64,000 bases of DNA from Sphyrna mokarran (GCA_024679065.1 JAGIQG010000003.1:91326001-91390000), one strand, 5' to 3'; numbered from the stretch's first letter, positions 12,057 through 25,537 are shown. The notes: a model not told the origin generated them from the letters alone. Program-made: numbers and translations.

Positions 12057-12326
12057 AACTCACCAAAATATATCATTGTTCCTTCTGACCTTATATGGAT
12101 CCTTCCCTCTTTGCTCTAATCTGGTGACAGAATCTGTAGCCATTCTGTTTTGAATTGTAGCGCTAAATGCCTTTGTCTTGTTACTTGTCTCTTCATGAAT
12201 AAGAGCCCCCATAGAATCCAACTCTTGAGCAAATTTTCAGCCCCCTTGCCTAATGTTGTCAATGGTTTGCCACCCAATCATCTCTGTGAAGTATGGAGGA
12301 TGTGTTGCTACTTTTTTTGGTGCTTC

Positions 12327-13407
12327 TGTTGTGACCACTTAAGGAAGAGTGAAATAACTCCCCTATTCTCTGATTCCAGGATTGACCATAACAGAACTTT
12401 TTTTAAATGAATTTAGAAAGGATGAGCTCTGATTCTGAAGAAGTCCCACTATTTATGTTTTGAGGTTGTAAAGAATCATTCAGGCAGTTTTCTTAAGTCA
12501 CCACAAAGAACTGGGCTGAAGAACAAGGTAAAATGCAATCACTACTCATACGGTCATATGCATTCATCTTGGCCCACACGTACACACACATCAGTACAGG
12601 TGGCAGAGTAAGAGGACAGGCTTATAGAAATTTTTTTATTCATGAAAAAATAAAGCAAATGTTGTGTTAGCTGTTCATTCGCTGTTTTCAAATTGATGGT
12701 TCCATGTTGCAACCATTTTGTTCAACTATCTTCTTGGGTGAACCTGCATGGAGCAGGTTTCCATGTTTTCTTTTCTGAAAATATATTGGTTCACAATAGA
12801 TGTCTTTTATCAGGATGGTTACTTTGTAAACTGAGCACAGCACTTCCAAGGGAGAGTAAGAGCATACATTTTCAAATAGCCTGTGTTAGGTACAGCATTA
12901 TCTTTGTTCTCTCACTTGCTTGGCAAGAGTCCTTAAAGTACTTCACTAGATGCAGTTATTGTTTCAGAACGGATAATTGCAATATGATGTCCCATTTCAG
13001 CACTATTTGGATAGTGCTGAAATGGGATAGTCTCAGGATAGTGTGAATTAAGAGGATGGTGGTCTTTCACTCTCCCCAGGAGATTGAGTGGCTATCTTTA
13101 TCCCATTGCATGAGATGTGAAATTCTGTGTAATGCAGCAGTCTTGATAGTTTTTAAATTGTCGGTAGGGTGGTCCCAGTTTCTCTATTGTATCTTTAAAA
13201 GGCACACTGTCTTGATATTATATAAATGTAAACTGTCCAAAGGCAGCTGATTAACATTTGAGCAACAAAATAATTGCACTGACATTTATTAAGAAATGAA
13301 AATGACTACTGGGGGCTGTTGTAATTCGAGTGTGAGAATTGTGTTTCCGTGAGCTCTGGCATCATTCATCTTTTAATCCTTTCTTTCGTCTTGATGTACC
13401 ATTCATA
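12327..13407. mobile_element. Possible long solo LTR
   Basis: Begins tgttgtgacc and ends ...ccattcataa. Overall resemblance to shark LTRs only; no TSD found. Confidence 0.25.
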
Positions 13408-13479
13408 ATCAACTTAACCTAGAGTGAATATTCTGTGCTATTTCCTTAGAAGATTTTTGGTGACCAAGTGCTAAGAAGT

Positions 13480-14265
13480 GTCAGGAAAATCTTTGATAAA
13501 AAGGTGCACTTGGAAACATCTAAGACAGAACTGGGCCCTCAGCATGGCGACCTAGTTGAGGAGCAGGCTCTGGGTCTGGCTCTCTTGAAGGTGTTGTGGG
13601 TAATGACTGAAAATATTAAGGTATAGACAACAAACACAGCTTTTGGACGCAGGATAACAATGCCCAATCTGATGAACTGTGGGATGCCAGTAAGAGGCTC
13701 AGTGAGTTGGACAATAGAATCCTGAGTGTTGAGAGTGCTGCTTCTTTAGTTGAGGCTTGGTTCCAAGCCATAGAGAATCAACTACATGGTGGATCTGGAG
13801 AACTGGAGTCAGAGGAGGAATATATGTGTGATCGGTTTTATAGAGCAAGATGAGGATAAGCTTCCCGTTAAATTTTTTGAGAACTGGCTGCACATTTTTG
13901 TTAACCTCAGCACAAAGGCTGGGCATATTAATCATGAAAGGGCAAGTTGTATCTTACTCTCAAGGCCTAGGGACAACCAATGTCCACCGTCATGGTCCAT
14001 GCATTTTCCTAACTTCAGGGACCTGGAGGCTGTCAGACATGGTGGGATTTGGCTCTATGATGGAGTGAAGGTCTCAATCTTCCAAGACTTCTCAGTGGTG
14101 ATACAACATAGGAGCAGGGTACAGTGATGATGTTGGAAAGTACCTGAAGGATTCTGGATTTCACATGCATTATCCTGCCTTTCTGAAGGTTACTTTCCAA
14201 GGTTCTGGTAAGATGTTTGACAATCTTGCTGAGGCTTTGATTTTTTTAGACTCAACAATAGTTTC
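13480..14265 (+). mobile_element. L1-clade LINE ORF1p remnant
   Basis: ORF 13786..14127 DLENWSQRRNICVIGF.E...HERA...PRDNQCPP...F.NFRD...LYDGVKVSIFQDFS matches L1 ORF1p motifs (DLENRSRRNN.RI.G, IERAHR, ISIFQDFS). Confidence 0.85.
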
Positions 14266-15399
14266 AATTCATGATCGGTGCAGTTCATTGTTAATCCTGG
14301 ACTGTACCCTAAGACTATATCATTGTATTGATTGTTGAGAGCATGAGTGTGGAATTTGTAAGAGTGAGAGTGGAGAATGGATAAAAGGAGAGAGGGCAAG
14401 AATGAGAGTGGATTCAAGAAGATAAAAGAATGTGAGAAAGAGCGAGAGTACAACCTAAAGTAAAAAAGAGCACAGCTGAGAGTGAGCGATTGGTAGGTGA
14501 ATATTTTGTTTTCCTCATTTATGTTAAAATACTCTGACAATTTACTGGTAACTATAAGATTTTCTTCATAGTTTTTGTAGCAGCGATGGTAAAGGTTATT
14601 GGGGCAATAAGGTTTATCATAAAATAAAGGTAAATAAAAATGAATAAATAAAAATAAAATAAGTGCTTCAAGCATATATCTGTGTAATTAAGAAATGTAT
14701 AACATTGAGTTGTAGCTGGTACTAGTTTTGATAAGTACAGTAAATTGTAATAAATGTAAGGTAAGTGTAAGTATTTCTCTCATTTGAAGTTGATAGTTCC
14801 ATCAATATATGAATTATTTAGCATTTTCTGCAGCTCATTATGAAATATTCAGTGTATTATTAAAAACATATTTAATCTTTGTTGTTGAACATTGTTGTAT
14901 TCAATCTTGTAGTCCTTTGAGATGAAGGCGGGTCACTCATGCAGCCCATTCACGAGTCCATCATTGCAGTTAATTGAACAATCAGAGAATAGTGAAGTTG
15001 TGAAAGGCAAGCCTAAAGTTACTCAAGAAGTTAAATGTTAAGCAATATTTACCCAGATAAGAGAATGAAAGAGCTTAAGATAAGGACAGTTAATGCTTTG
15101 GCAGTGAATGCCTGTAGGGAAAGGCAAACCAGGGCAATCATGTTGTTCAGGGAAACATTTTTTCCTATTACTTGTATACCTGAGGGGAAAAAAAATCTGA
15201 AGTTCAAAAGCAGGGCAGCCAAAAAAGGGACAAAATTCATTGAATTGGAACGTTAATGCAAAAAACTGAAGAAAAGGTTAAACCCTGTGTCAGATAAGTA
15301 TGTAACCAGGGTGCCCCAGATTGAAGTGTGTCATGAATGCAAATAGTGACAGTAATTAGGTTCATGCCCACAATGCATGTGAACCTGATTTAAATACAT

Positions 15400-16265
15400 T
15401 TGAATGATTTAAATACTGTGAGCTCCTGCCGTATATTCACACCACACTGACCTGATGTCTCATTGGTGCAATTTACAACAGGTTCATCCAGATGTGAACC
15501 TGTTGTGGGATCCTCCTGGCACATAAAAGTGATTATAACACCTAGAGGAAAAGGACATTGACAGGCAGTGACTTGGCAGTGCCCCATTAGCATGCCTTGG
15601 CACAGGTTGGCACTGCCAGTTTGCCCATGCAATCTAGCAATGCCAACCTGTTTTGGGGTGGACCTCAGTGGAGGCCTCATGGGGGTGGATTTATTTATTT
15701 GTGGTGGTGGACTTAGGAGCTGGAGATGCTTGTGATGGCCATTTGTGGGGAGAAGGGGGCTGCCAGCAGTGACTGTGTCAGTGCTTGCTCAGAGGGGAAG
15801 ATGTTTGTGGAGAAGGTTGGGGGTTGGTGGGAGTGCCAACAGTGACTGTTGGAGAGATGCCTATTCTGAGGGGTAGTGCAGTGCTGACTCTGAGTTGAGC
15901 TAACTGTTGACTCTGACTGAGGGCAGAAATACTGGCTGTGATCAGGGGTGAGATAGTGTTGAGAAATATGCTGTCTCCAATTGGGAAATGGAAGTTGAGG
16001 GGAGCCCCTGAGACTTCCGTAGTGGGCTGGGAGGGAGATTTATTGCTACTCTGATTAGGGTGTCTTTTATAGATGGCATCCCGATCTCAATACAGCTAAG
16101 CTTTGCTGGTATGTTTGGGTTATGCTTCCTGCATGACAGAGTTACACTTGCCCAGCTGTTTTCTTTGAAAGACTGTAGTAAGATCTGGAGAGAAAACTAA
16201 TCTGTTTCTTGAGAGACAAACTTACCAGAACCAACCCACTGCCAAATTCTGGTCAGATCACCCCT
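15400..16265. mobile_element. Decayed GC-rich DNA-transposon-like repeat
   Basis: Contains the ggcagtgccc/ggcactgcc/atgccaacc motifs also seen in the TIR-bounded element at 49174-50202. Confidence 0.4.
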
Positions 16266-16437
16266 GATGATTCTGGATGTCAGAGAAACAGTATTTATGA
16301 CCACAACTCAAAGGTGAGGCCATAGAAACTTGTCTAAATATAATTTCCATTTGATTTTGAAAACTTTTCTCAATGCTCAGTAAGATCAAGACAATAGTAT
16401 GGACAGAAAAAAGCCAGACCTGACCTATTAAAATAAA

Positions 16438-16706
16438 ATGTATTTATTAGTTACTAGTAAGGCTTACATTAACTCTGCAATGACATTAATGTGAAATTCC
16501 CCCAGTTGCCACAGTTTGGTATCTGTTCAGATTAATGCACCTAACCAGCATTTCTTTCAAACTCTGGGAGGAAACCACTTGGAGGAAACCCATGCAGACA
16601 CAGGGAGAACATGCAAACTCCACACAGACAGTGACCCAAACTGGAAATCAAACCTGGCTTCTGGTGCTATGAGGCAGCAATGCTAACCACTGTGCCACCG
16701 TGCTGC
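16438..16706 (-). mobile_element. V-SINE (HE1-type head and V-domain, alternative tail)
   Basis: Reverse complement shows tRNA head ggcacagtggttagca, the V-domain and tail ...ttaatgtaagcc...aataaata. Confidence 0.85.
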
Positions 16707-18134
16707 TTTGTGAAAGGAAGTGCTGGGTCTCTCCTAAACCTACAGCCATGTGATCTGCAGTTGCTGAACATAAAGTAAAGAAACAAGGAAAACAGCATTG
16801 TTAAATTAAACATAGAGAGGGTGTCAATTTATTTCTTAAATTATTATTTCTTAGTCAGCAAAAGTGCAAATGAAAGCACCCATCAGTGAAGCCACCCAAC
16901 TGTCACACAGAAGGAAACTAAAGAAGACATCAAAAGACTGATCGGAAAATAGTTTAATTGATGGTTATACCATTTGGGTGCCATTATTTGTCGGATCAAC
17001 TAACTTGAGGCAGCTGACATCTGTGGATTTCTGTGTTTAGCATGCATGGTGCAAGTTGCTTTCTAATTACAATGGGTTTGCATACAAAGTAAAGAATCAG
17101 TGAAAATGTCTCCTGAGAGTAGGCAATCATTTTCTACAACAAATTGCTTTGTCCTATTGTTGGGCATATCAAAATCTAGAAATAATGATGCTCCATTTTG
17201 TGAGGAAAGGCATGCACATGATCAAACAGAGCAATGCAGCACAGAATTGTTGCTGAGTTAAATGGATTGTGAGTCTTGTACAAGATTGATCTGAAAGCAA
17301 GTTACAATCACTGTGAGGTTAAGTCCTGAATGTTGTTCTATCATTGATACCCTCCACACATATTGAGCTCAAATCAATGCAAGATATTGAACTTTGGGAT
17401 CTGAACTGCGGTGGCATATTCCAGAATGTTATCTGATAATAAGTCCCAAGTACCTCGAAGATGCCAAATGGTCTTGAGGTGCCACACATGCTGCTTGATA
17501 AAGGATCTTTAATGAAGAGAGTGGAAGCAAAGGGCACCTCTATTCAGAGAGAATAAATTATTTTGTCGTTTCCTAATAAATAAAGAAAAGGCCTCACACA
17601 CAGATGGCTTTCTTATAAATGGTTCCTGAAACACCCATTATGTTCTAGGAATTCACATTAACTTCATAGTGATTAAGTGTGATCTTAAAAATTCAGCTGG
17701 CATTGTAGAAGCATAGTTGCATGAGAAACCCAATTGAGTTAACTCCACTGGGGGTTTTCACACTTTGAGATAATGCAGTGCTTTGTTGCTATCTTAGTTT
17801 GCGTAGAAAATGCCCTGCGGTGCTTTATAAAAGGTTGTGGCAGTATTTCAGTACCAGGAAAATCTTGAAGTCCAAATTAAAATCTGTGGAACCTTCTCAG
17901 TTATGCATCTTAGCTTCATCATCAGTAGATCATGATTAATCACTGTTGAATCCAACCGAACACAATTCTTGATGAAGCAGTGAAAATTATTTTAATTTGC
18001 ATGAGTGTTTCATCACAATAAACTCTGATTTCTATTAGTTAGGAGTTAACTTTAAAAATGAACATTAAGGCATTTGGAATAGTTCAGTGGTAAATGTAGA
18101 TAATATTATTCTATTGAACCTAACAGATAATGGA

Positions 18135-18325
18135 AGTCTGTGCTGAACTACCTGACCTTAGTAAGCATGTCAATAGTCTTCTTCTAGAAGGGCAAATGAT
18201 CAGTCGGAGCTTCAGTTCCTGAACATTGTAAGTGTTGGCCTACATTGGGTTTATGTGACAACTGACTCACAATTGAATAACATGCTTTCTAAGCTCAGCC
18301 ACAGAGTTGACGCTTGAGAAGGTTA
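18135..18325 (+). repeat. Old SINE-like repeat family (copies also at ~23490-23730, ~25890-26110, ~34140-34340)
   Basis: Recurring core tctgtgctga(g/a)tt...atcagcca.ggttcc..ctcctga...atccagt in four places. Confidence 0.5.
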
Positions 18326-18374
18326 TTTTGTTTCATAGATGCTAAATCACGACCTTCTGGCAACTAATAGTAAA

Positions 18375-18590
18375 CATGATGTAGAGATGCCGGCATTGGA
18401 CTGGGGTAAACACAGTAAGAAGTCTGACAACACCAGTTTTAAATCCAACCAATTTATTTGATAGTAAACTCACAAGCACCTCTCCAGAACACCTCATTCA
18501 CCTGACGAAGACCACAGGGTCGAAAGCTTGTAAGTTTACTATCAAATAAATTGGTTGGTTTTAAAACTGGTGTTGTCAGACTTCTTACTG
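18375..18590. mobile_element. Penelope-like element terminus in inverted (foldback) arrangement
   Basis: Starts with the family terminus catgatgtagagatgccggcattggactgggg. 65-bp inverted arms at 18413-18477 and 18526-18590 (63/65 match). Confidence 0.85.
18496..18536 (+). ncRNA. Minimal hammerhead ribozyme motif (Penelope-type)
   Basis: cac-CTGACGA-a-GACC-acag-GGTC-GAAA-gc-TT-gta: conserved core boxes, 4-bp stem II, palindromic stem III, and one mismatch in stem I. Confidence 0.7.
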
Positions 18591-19170
18591 AACTAACAAT
18601 AAATCCATATCCTTCAACATGATCCACTTCTTAGTTGATGCTGCTGTTATCCACAAGATATAGTGCATAGGATCATTTCTAAAAATCAGCATCCGTACCC
18701 TAGAAAATCCTTGCAGACATATCTGTGTCTTGAACATCATGTTAAGTCTGCCCAATGCATGCAAGTGAACCCTAAAAGAGGCACTAAGAAGACATAAAAT
18801 ACATGGACATAAACAATGGCAATCTCCAGCTTTGTGAATATGAGAGGATTAGTTCAAAACTATGTACTGATTATACTTTAGCCTGTGTAAAGATCCAGCT
18901 GATGACCAGTGGTGTGCATGTTGTGACCATGTCCCTTTTAAACAAAGCCTCATGAGCCATAGTTGGTTTCACCATCTCTCAAACTCTACTGCACTTCTAC
19001 CTGACCTGTTGCTTGGAAAAAAAGGATTTTCTGCTCAATACATGGTTGCAAGCTAGAATTTAGAAAACACATATCTTAACTATGGCACATCTCTATTTGA
19101 ACTATCCTCTAACAGATATACTGCAAACAAAACTTCTGGGAGAAAAAAACCTATGGCAAAAAGGCTGTTA

Positions 19171-19600
19171 CGATGTGGAGATGCCAGCATTGGACTGGGG
19201 TAAACATTATAAAAAGTCTCACAACATCAGATTAAAGTCCAACAGATTTATTTGGCAGCACAAGCTTTTGGAGCACTGCCCCTTCATCAGGTGAGTGGGA
19301 GGTGTGTTCACAAACAGGGCATATAAAGACACAAACTCAATTTACAAGATAATGGCTGGGATACGAGTCTTTACAGATAATCAAGTCTTAAAGGTGTAGA
19401 CAATGTGAGCGGAGAAAGGGACAAGCACATTTAGAGAGGTGGATATTGTCTCCACAAAGGACAGTTGGTGAGATTTTGCAAGCTCAGGCAAGTTGTGGGG
19501 GTTACAGACAATGTGACATGAACCTAAGAACCCGGTTGAGGCTGTCCTCATGTGTGAGGAACTTGGCTATCAGTTTCTGCTCAGTGATTCTGCACTGTTC
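19171..19600 (-). mobile_element. Penelope-like element 3' fragment (GIY-YIG C-terminus, pLTR, decayed hammerhead)
   Basis: Reverse strand encodes RITEQKLIAKFLTHEDSLNRVLRFMSH. Hammerhead CTGATGAaggggcagtgctccAAAAgc has GAAA mutated. Confidence 0.85.
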
Positions 19601-20247
19601 ACATCTTTCAACCTATTACACAGATGTAAATCCTGGCTTTGCATCACTTTTTCTATTGTATCAAGAACGTCTTGATGTTCATGTATGCTGGTTCTTTCAA
19701 GTTGGTTCTCTTAACTGGTTGGTAGAAATCAAGGCTAAAACCATCGGCAGTAACAGGTGAGGTCTAATTGGTGCACAGTTTGGTGCACAGGATTCCTAAG
19801 CTCTCTGCCATGCCTCTTTTGATTGGCTAACACCATTTAACCTGAGAAGGTTGACCTGAAATGTTCATATGTCTGTGTGCAACATTACATTGTTCTTATT
19901 GAACTTCTGCAATTTTATTTCAAGATGATTATTATGCTTTTCTTAGGGTATGAAAAATAGCAAGGTACTTTTTGTTGTGGTATGGAGTTGCATTAATTTT
20001 CTTTTGTGCCCGTGATATGATCCTCCTTACTGGTCACAAGCTCAATTTAAAAGGTCTCACACATTTCAGATGTGATTAGGTAAATCATATTCCAGAAAAT
20101 TATAGCAGCATCTTTAACGTCTAGCCTCTGTAGATCAACATATAACAGTGAGTGTAATAATGAATTTGCACTCAGGGTGGCGCTCTAAATGATGTGAGTC
20201 TGATTTAATTTCCATTTTGGAAAAGTTGCATTGCTTAGATAAAGTAC

Positions 20248-20523
20248 TTTATTTACTAATCATAAATAAGGCTTACATTAACACTGTAATGAAGTTATTG
20301 TGAAATTCCCTTAATCGTCACAGTCCGGTGCCTGTTCGGGTCAATGCATCTAACCAGCATGTCTTTCAGATTATGGGAAGAAACCGGAACACCCAGAGGA
20401 AACCCATGTAGATACAAGGAGAATGCACAAACTCCACACTGACAGTGATCCAAGCCGGGAATCAAACCCAAATCCCTGGCACTGTGAGGCAACAGTGCTA
20501 ACCACTGTGCCACCTTGCCACCC
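20248..20523 (-). mobile_element. V-SINE (alternative tail)
   Basis: tRNA head, V-domain and the same tail as 16438-16706. Confidence 0.85.
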
Positions 20524-21154
20524 AATTTGTGCTCACCAATGTATTTTTCTGATTTGATTTGGGAATCTGTACCAACCTTTAGCCACATCTACCCAGTTTG
20601 CTCCAGCTTTGTTGCTACAAAAATATAGGAGAACAACACTTTGGATCTTTCTAATGCTGAAACATCTCAGTTGACTTGATATTTTTCAATTAGATTGTCA
20701 AAAGGAACATGCATGTGGCAATGTACCAAGGTCTGCAACAGTGTGCAATGTGGTAAAAATTGAAGCCTTTAACTTGTTTATTGATACTGCTAAGGGCAGT
20801 ACTGAAGCAATTAAAATAACTGAGAAAATATGGGTAAGGCCAGAAAATCTAATTGTGATGTTCTTCATGAATATAAATTTCTAAGTTGAGCATCAGAAAA
20901 AGTCGTAGTCATCACTTTGACTGAGGCCATTAGGAAGGATTTTCTTATCTCAATATTGATAAGTGGCTGTATTCAGTTTATACATATTGTGAAAAGTGTG
21001 CTTCAATGGCCATAATTAACAAATAATACAATTAAAGAGCTGCAATATGGTTAATACCTTTAGTTGACAACTGTTTCTGAAAGTTACAGGCCAAAGATTG
21101 GATGCAGCCTTCAGTGATCGGCAAGTTAATAAGAAGAGACTTCACCTCATAGAT

Positions 21155-21323
21155 CCATTGATGTATGAGTTAGGTTAGTTGGTCTTGCTAAATTGCCACT
21201 TAGTGCCAGAGAGATTAGCAAGGTAAATATACAGGGTTACAGGGATAGGACCCGGGTGGGATTGTTGTCAGTGCAGGTTCAATGGGCCAAATGGCCTTCT
21301 TCTGCACTGCAGGGGTTCTATGA
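21155..21323 (+). mobile_element. HE1 SINE 3' half
   Basis: ctaaattgccacttagtg...gggtgggattgttgtcagtgcagg...atgggccaaatggccttcttctgcactg...ttctatga. Confidence 0.8.
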
Positions 21324-21869
21324 TTTACACTCAGAACCTACAGTTAAGCAGAGGAAAAAGGAGCTGTCAGTACTGATTACACAGTGGGACTACAAAGCTA
21401 TTTAGCTTTAAATTGATGCTGGTCTGACCAGCAAAGCAGTCTCCTGTGAGTTTACAACAAATATACTTGCACATAAAGATGTAAGCTTAGAGTGCAAGAG
21501 CTCTCAACAATAAAAGGGAATAGAATGATAACAATATTTTCTAACCCTTTTAATAATGTTTTCAAGTGTCAATCACACAGTGAACTCAGAATCTGTTGCT
21601 ATGACAATTGTAACTTTTGAAACTCAGTCAAGCATTTGTATTGAATAACTTGGAGAAATGTCAACAAAGAACTCTATTAAAACTGCTCAAACAAATGTTA
21701 AACCTGCTGATGTATCAATCAAAGGAGATCAGTAGAGTTTTGCTGACAGCAACAACCAATGTTCTTATTGCAGTTTAAAGAGTGGGGAATTTAAAAAACT
21801 TCAGACAATGACACTAAAAAGATCTTACCACTCTTAAGAGCATTTACAAACTTCATAGATTCTACTCTA

Positions 21870-22620
21870 GATACTTATGATTCAGTATCACAATTTTAGG
21901 AATTGACTGTGAATGAACTGTGCTTTTATTGTATAAAATGAAAATAAACAATAATACAAGCATGTGCTGAACACAACAGGTCCTAACTAGGACTAAAAGG
22001 ATAATGGATCCTCTCAGTGTCTTGCTTTATACACAGCTCAATGTATGAGTTCTACCTGGTTGGCTAATTATCAATCCCCAGAGAGTTCATAGTCAATGAG
22101 CCCAACGAGAAGGTCAGTTAGTGATTTCCCTATGCAGATCATGGTGGTTATTACACCCTTCCCCTTTTGAATTCAAGCCATCTCTCGTTCCTTGGATGCC
22201 AGGGCTGTCTTTGTTTTTTGGCCTTTTTCCTATTTCATAGTCTACCTGGTCAGGTGGTATATAGCATTATCAGTGAGTGCCTCTTTTTTGACAATTGACA
22301 AAATATTACCGGAGGTGGTTCTTCTTCATTGGCCTCTGGCTAAGCTTCTACTGATTTGGTCTCCATTTCGGAGTCAGAGGTCTCATGTGGTATTTCAGAG
22401 TGTCCTGTTGATAGAGGCATTATGTCCTTCCTCTGTGTACTTGGGGTCTCCAATGCCATACTCACTGAGTTGCCCGCTTCTATCAATGGCTTCTGACGTT
22501 TTAGGTGGTCCACATGTTTTCTTTATATGATGTCTTCGACTTTTACCATGTAGGACACTGACACTTCCTAGTATCCACTGGGTGCTGCTGTCAAAAACAC
22601 ATTATTTTGAGCTCACTATG
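21870..22620 (-). mobile_element. Gypsy LTR retrotransposon 3' end (integrase C-terminus, PPT, 3' LTR)
   Basis: Minus strand encodes WILGSV and RKHVDHLKR (integrase C-terminal motifs). PPT ggggaaggg (22164-22156) is followed directly by LTR start tgtaa at 22155; AATAAA at ~21925. Confidence 0.7.
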
Positions 22621-23739
22621 TGTGGGGAGTATCAATGACATATTGCACTTCAGTCATTCTGCGCTAGAATTTAAATCTCCATTTCTACTTTCCTCATCAT
22701 GTTCCCAGAGCAGGAAGAAAAGTAACTCGGAATCAGCCTTGCTCTTTGCTGGTGAGCTGAATTAGTTTTCACTTATCACTTTTCCTCTTTTCATTCTCAA
22801 TCTGTTTTCTTCTGCTACCACAGAACAGTGCACAAGAGCTACAAATCCACAGGGAGACCAAGCTGGAAATTATGTTGAGGCCTGATCAGGTTCAACTTGT
22901 GTCAGGTTCAACAAGGCCTTGAGAGGGAAACAACTTCTGACTGTTGCTACAAGTTAATACACAGAAAAGTGCTTTGAGGTTGAAGTCAGATAGACAATAG
23001 TGGCTTCATTCTCTCAAGGACTCAGCACAGCATCAGTAAAAGAACACCTTGTCAGATCCTCCTGGCTAGGGGAGCAAGGGATGGTAGGGAGGCATGCATG
23101 AGAAGTGCTAATAATTGACCTCAATATCCCTGGATTTGGGAGGAGAAAACTGCAAAGAGTTTCTCCTCTGGATTGCTACCATGACAAGAGGCCTGTACGA
23201 ATATCTGATGCTAAGATGACTGGACTTGCAAGCTGGGTTTGGCCAAGGACAGTAGACACCAAAAGGTTGAAATCCCAGCAAGGAGCTGTTGACTTCAGGA
23301 GGGAAGAGATGCAAGAAAAACTGATAGTGAGAAAACCTAGAAACATTGTTTAATTACATAGTATAACTAGATTGTGTCCTTATAACAATTTTTGACTCTA
23401 TGCAGTTTTACTCCTCATTAGATAAACATTGCGAAACTCTATTATATCTGGTAAAGATATTTTCTAATTTCTATTGAATTCTGGAGAGTAGATTTGATCC
23501 CTAGTCTATGCTGTTAGCTGATTTCAACAACATGATGAATAGGAATGATAAAATTAACCCCAAGGAGCTTGGGATGCTAACACACACCAATTTCCTCTTC
23601 TGAATACAATCCAGTGTTTGCTGCTGCAAGTGAATGCTGTGGGGGATAGGAATGGTCTCTACTCGACTAATTGCAAATGATCAAATGTCCTGTCAACATT
23701 CACTATCCAAGTTCACATCTGAAAAAGTTTGATTTGAAT

Positions 23740-24520
23740 GTATGGATGTGTTCAAAATTATGAAGAGTTTGGATAGAGTGAATAGGAAGCATCTATTTCC
23801 ACTGGCTGCTGAATCAGTAACCAATGGGCACATTAAGGATTATTGCCAAAAGAAACTGGAGATGAGAGGAAGCTCTTTTTTTTCACAGTAGTTGATGTGA
23901 TCTAGATTGTAATACTCCAAAAGAGTGGCAGGGACAGATTTAATAATGGCCATGATTTTCTGCTCCCGTTTTCATGAGGCAATGCCAGGGGACAGTTCCA
24001 GGACATTGCCTAGAAGGATGTTCAGTGGAAGTTGTGTGGTGAGGGAGATACATGGGGAGGGAGGCGGGGTGGGGGGGGTGGGGGCAGGGTTTCCTGGTGA
24101 ATCATTGTGTACTGGGGTGACATAGAAAAATGGCACCCAGACTTTTGTAAAAACGAAATTGCTGGCAGGGTAGTGCAGCCTCAATGAGAGAACCCCCTCA
24201 CCCCCCACAATGGTGTTGTGGGACTCACCACTCGAGGTTTCTGAGCCTAAATCCTGAATGATGTAGCAGAGAAAGCCATTGTTGCTGCAGGCAACTTCAA
24301 CATCACTTTCCCTACCTGCTATTGGCCTTTGTTGAATTTGGGGACAATGCCATCCAGTATTTTTCAAAAATCATTTTGATAAATATTTGAAGAGGGAACA
24401 TTTGCAGGGTTGTTGGGAAAGAGCAGAATAATGGGGACAAATGCAAAGTTCCTTCAAAAGTTGGAATATCATGATGTGCCAAATGACTTCCTTTTGTACT
24501 AGATGACTCTCTGCTTCTAT
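23740..24520 (+). mobile_element. CR1 3' fragment interrupted by a Harbinger-like insertion at ~23949-24360
   Basis: Translates DVFKIMKSLDRVN...LFPLA, breaks at ggccatgattttct, then resumes with ttcaaaaatcattttgataaatatttg and the CR1 3' UTR. Confidence 0.65.
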
Positions 24521-25537
24521 AGCACGATGACATCCTAGCATACTGTGTCTGATTCCAATTTTTGCTTCGATTTATTGTCACATGTATTGTTATAAAGTGA
24601 AAAGTTTATTTTGTGCATACAGACATAATTATACAGCTAACCATTAGCAGACAGTGAATCATGGACACTGGTTCAGGCATCCCCTCTCTAACCCAGGAGA
24701 ACTGTCATAGCACGTCCACCTCTTCAGTGATGGAAATCAGCAGAAATCAAATCCAGACCCTTACTGTTCGGAGCATTTAAATACTATGCTCTCAATGCTC
24801 TGAAACAGAACAGACTAGCATTAATTTAATGCAGTTTCTTAGCAAGCCTGACATTGTTTTGCCCTGTCGTGGTAACCAGCTCAGATGATTTGAAAGTCCA
24901 TTATCAAAAAACCATTATTGAAAACACTCATGACGAAGGCTGCGACCCTTAAACGTACATTCTGCTGAGTGTATTTATTTTTCAATTATTTTTTTATTTT
25001 GCTAGCTCCATGCCTTTTTAGTCTCGAAAGTTCAATTTCTGGGGTCATCTCTGTGTGGTTTACTGTAGTGTCAGGACAATCAGTAGCCTGCCATTAGAAC
25101 AAAAATTAAATTGGCTTGCCAAGTTAGCACTTTCCCCAGACTGAAGCCATGCTCTTTTATAGAGGCTGCTTTACTGCTGACAGGAGCTGCCTGTCAGATG
25201 GCAAACAGCTATTGTCCCTGGGAATCCTCTCTACTTATTTAGCAAACTCATTTGTTTATTTCTTTATTGTATGGGACAAACAGCCAACTGCTGATTTTAC
25301 GGTTGTGAATTTCTGGGCCAAATTCTGTGTGTTAAAAAGAAAGCCCTCACACTGCACAAATACACTGACCATTGTTTTTGCACCAGTGTGAACAACCTTT
25401 GATTCTGGAGTGTCCTGGGACCGTGTGAACTGTAGAGATTCTTTCTCATGACTGGAATATTCTCCAGAGCCTCTCGTTCAGTTCTTTACCTCCGGCTCAG
25501 TCAATGGTGCGACCAGTGGCTTCTGTGGGATGCTTGC

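Noticed and set aside
14905-15260. Possible coding exon(s) (SFEMKAGHSCSPF...; ORF 15035..15256)
   Set aside because: No recognisable homology, weak splice context and no partner exons.
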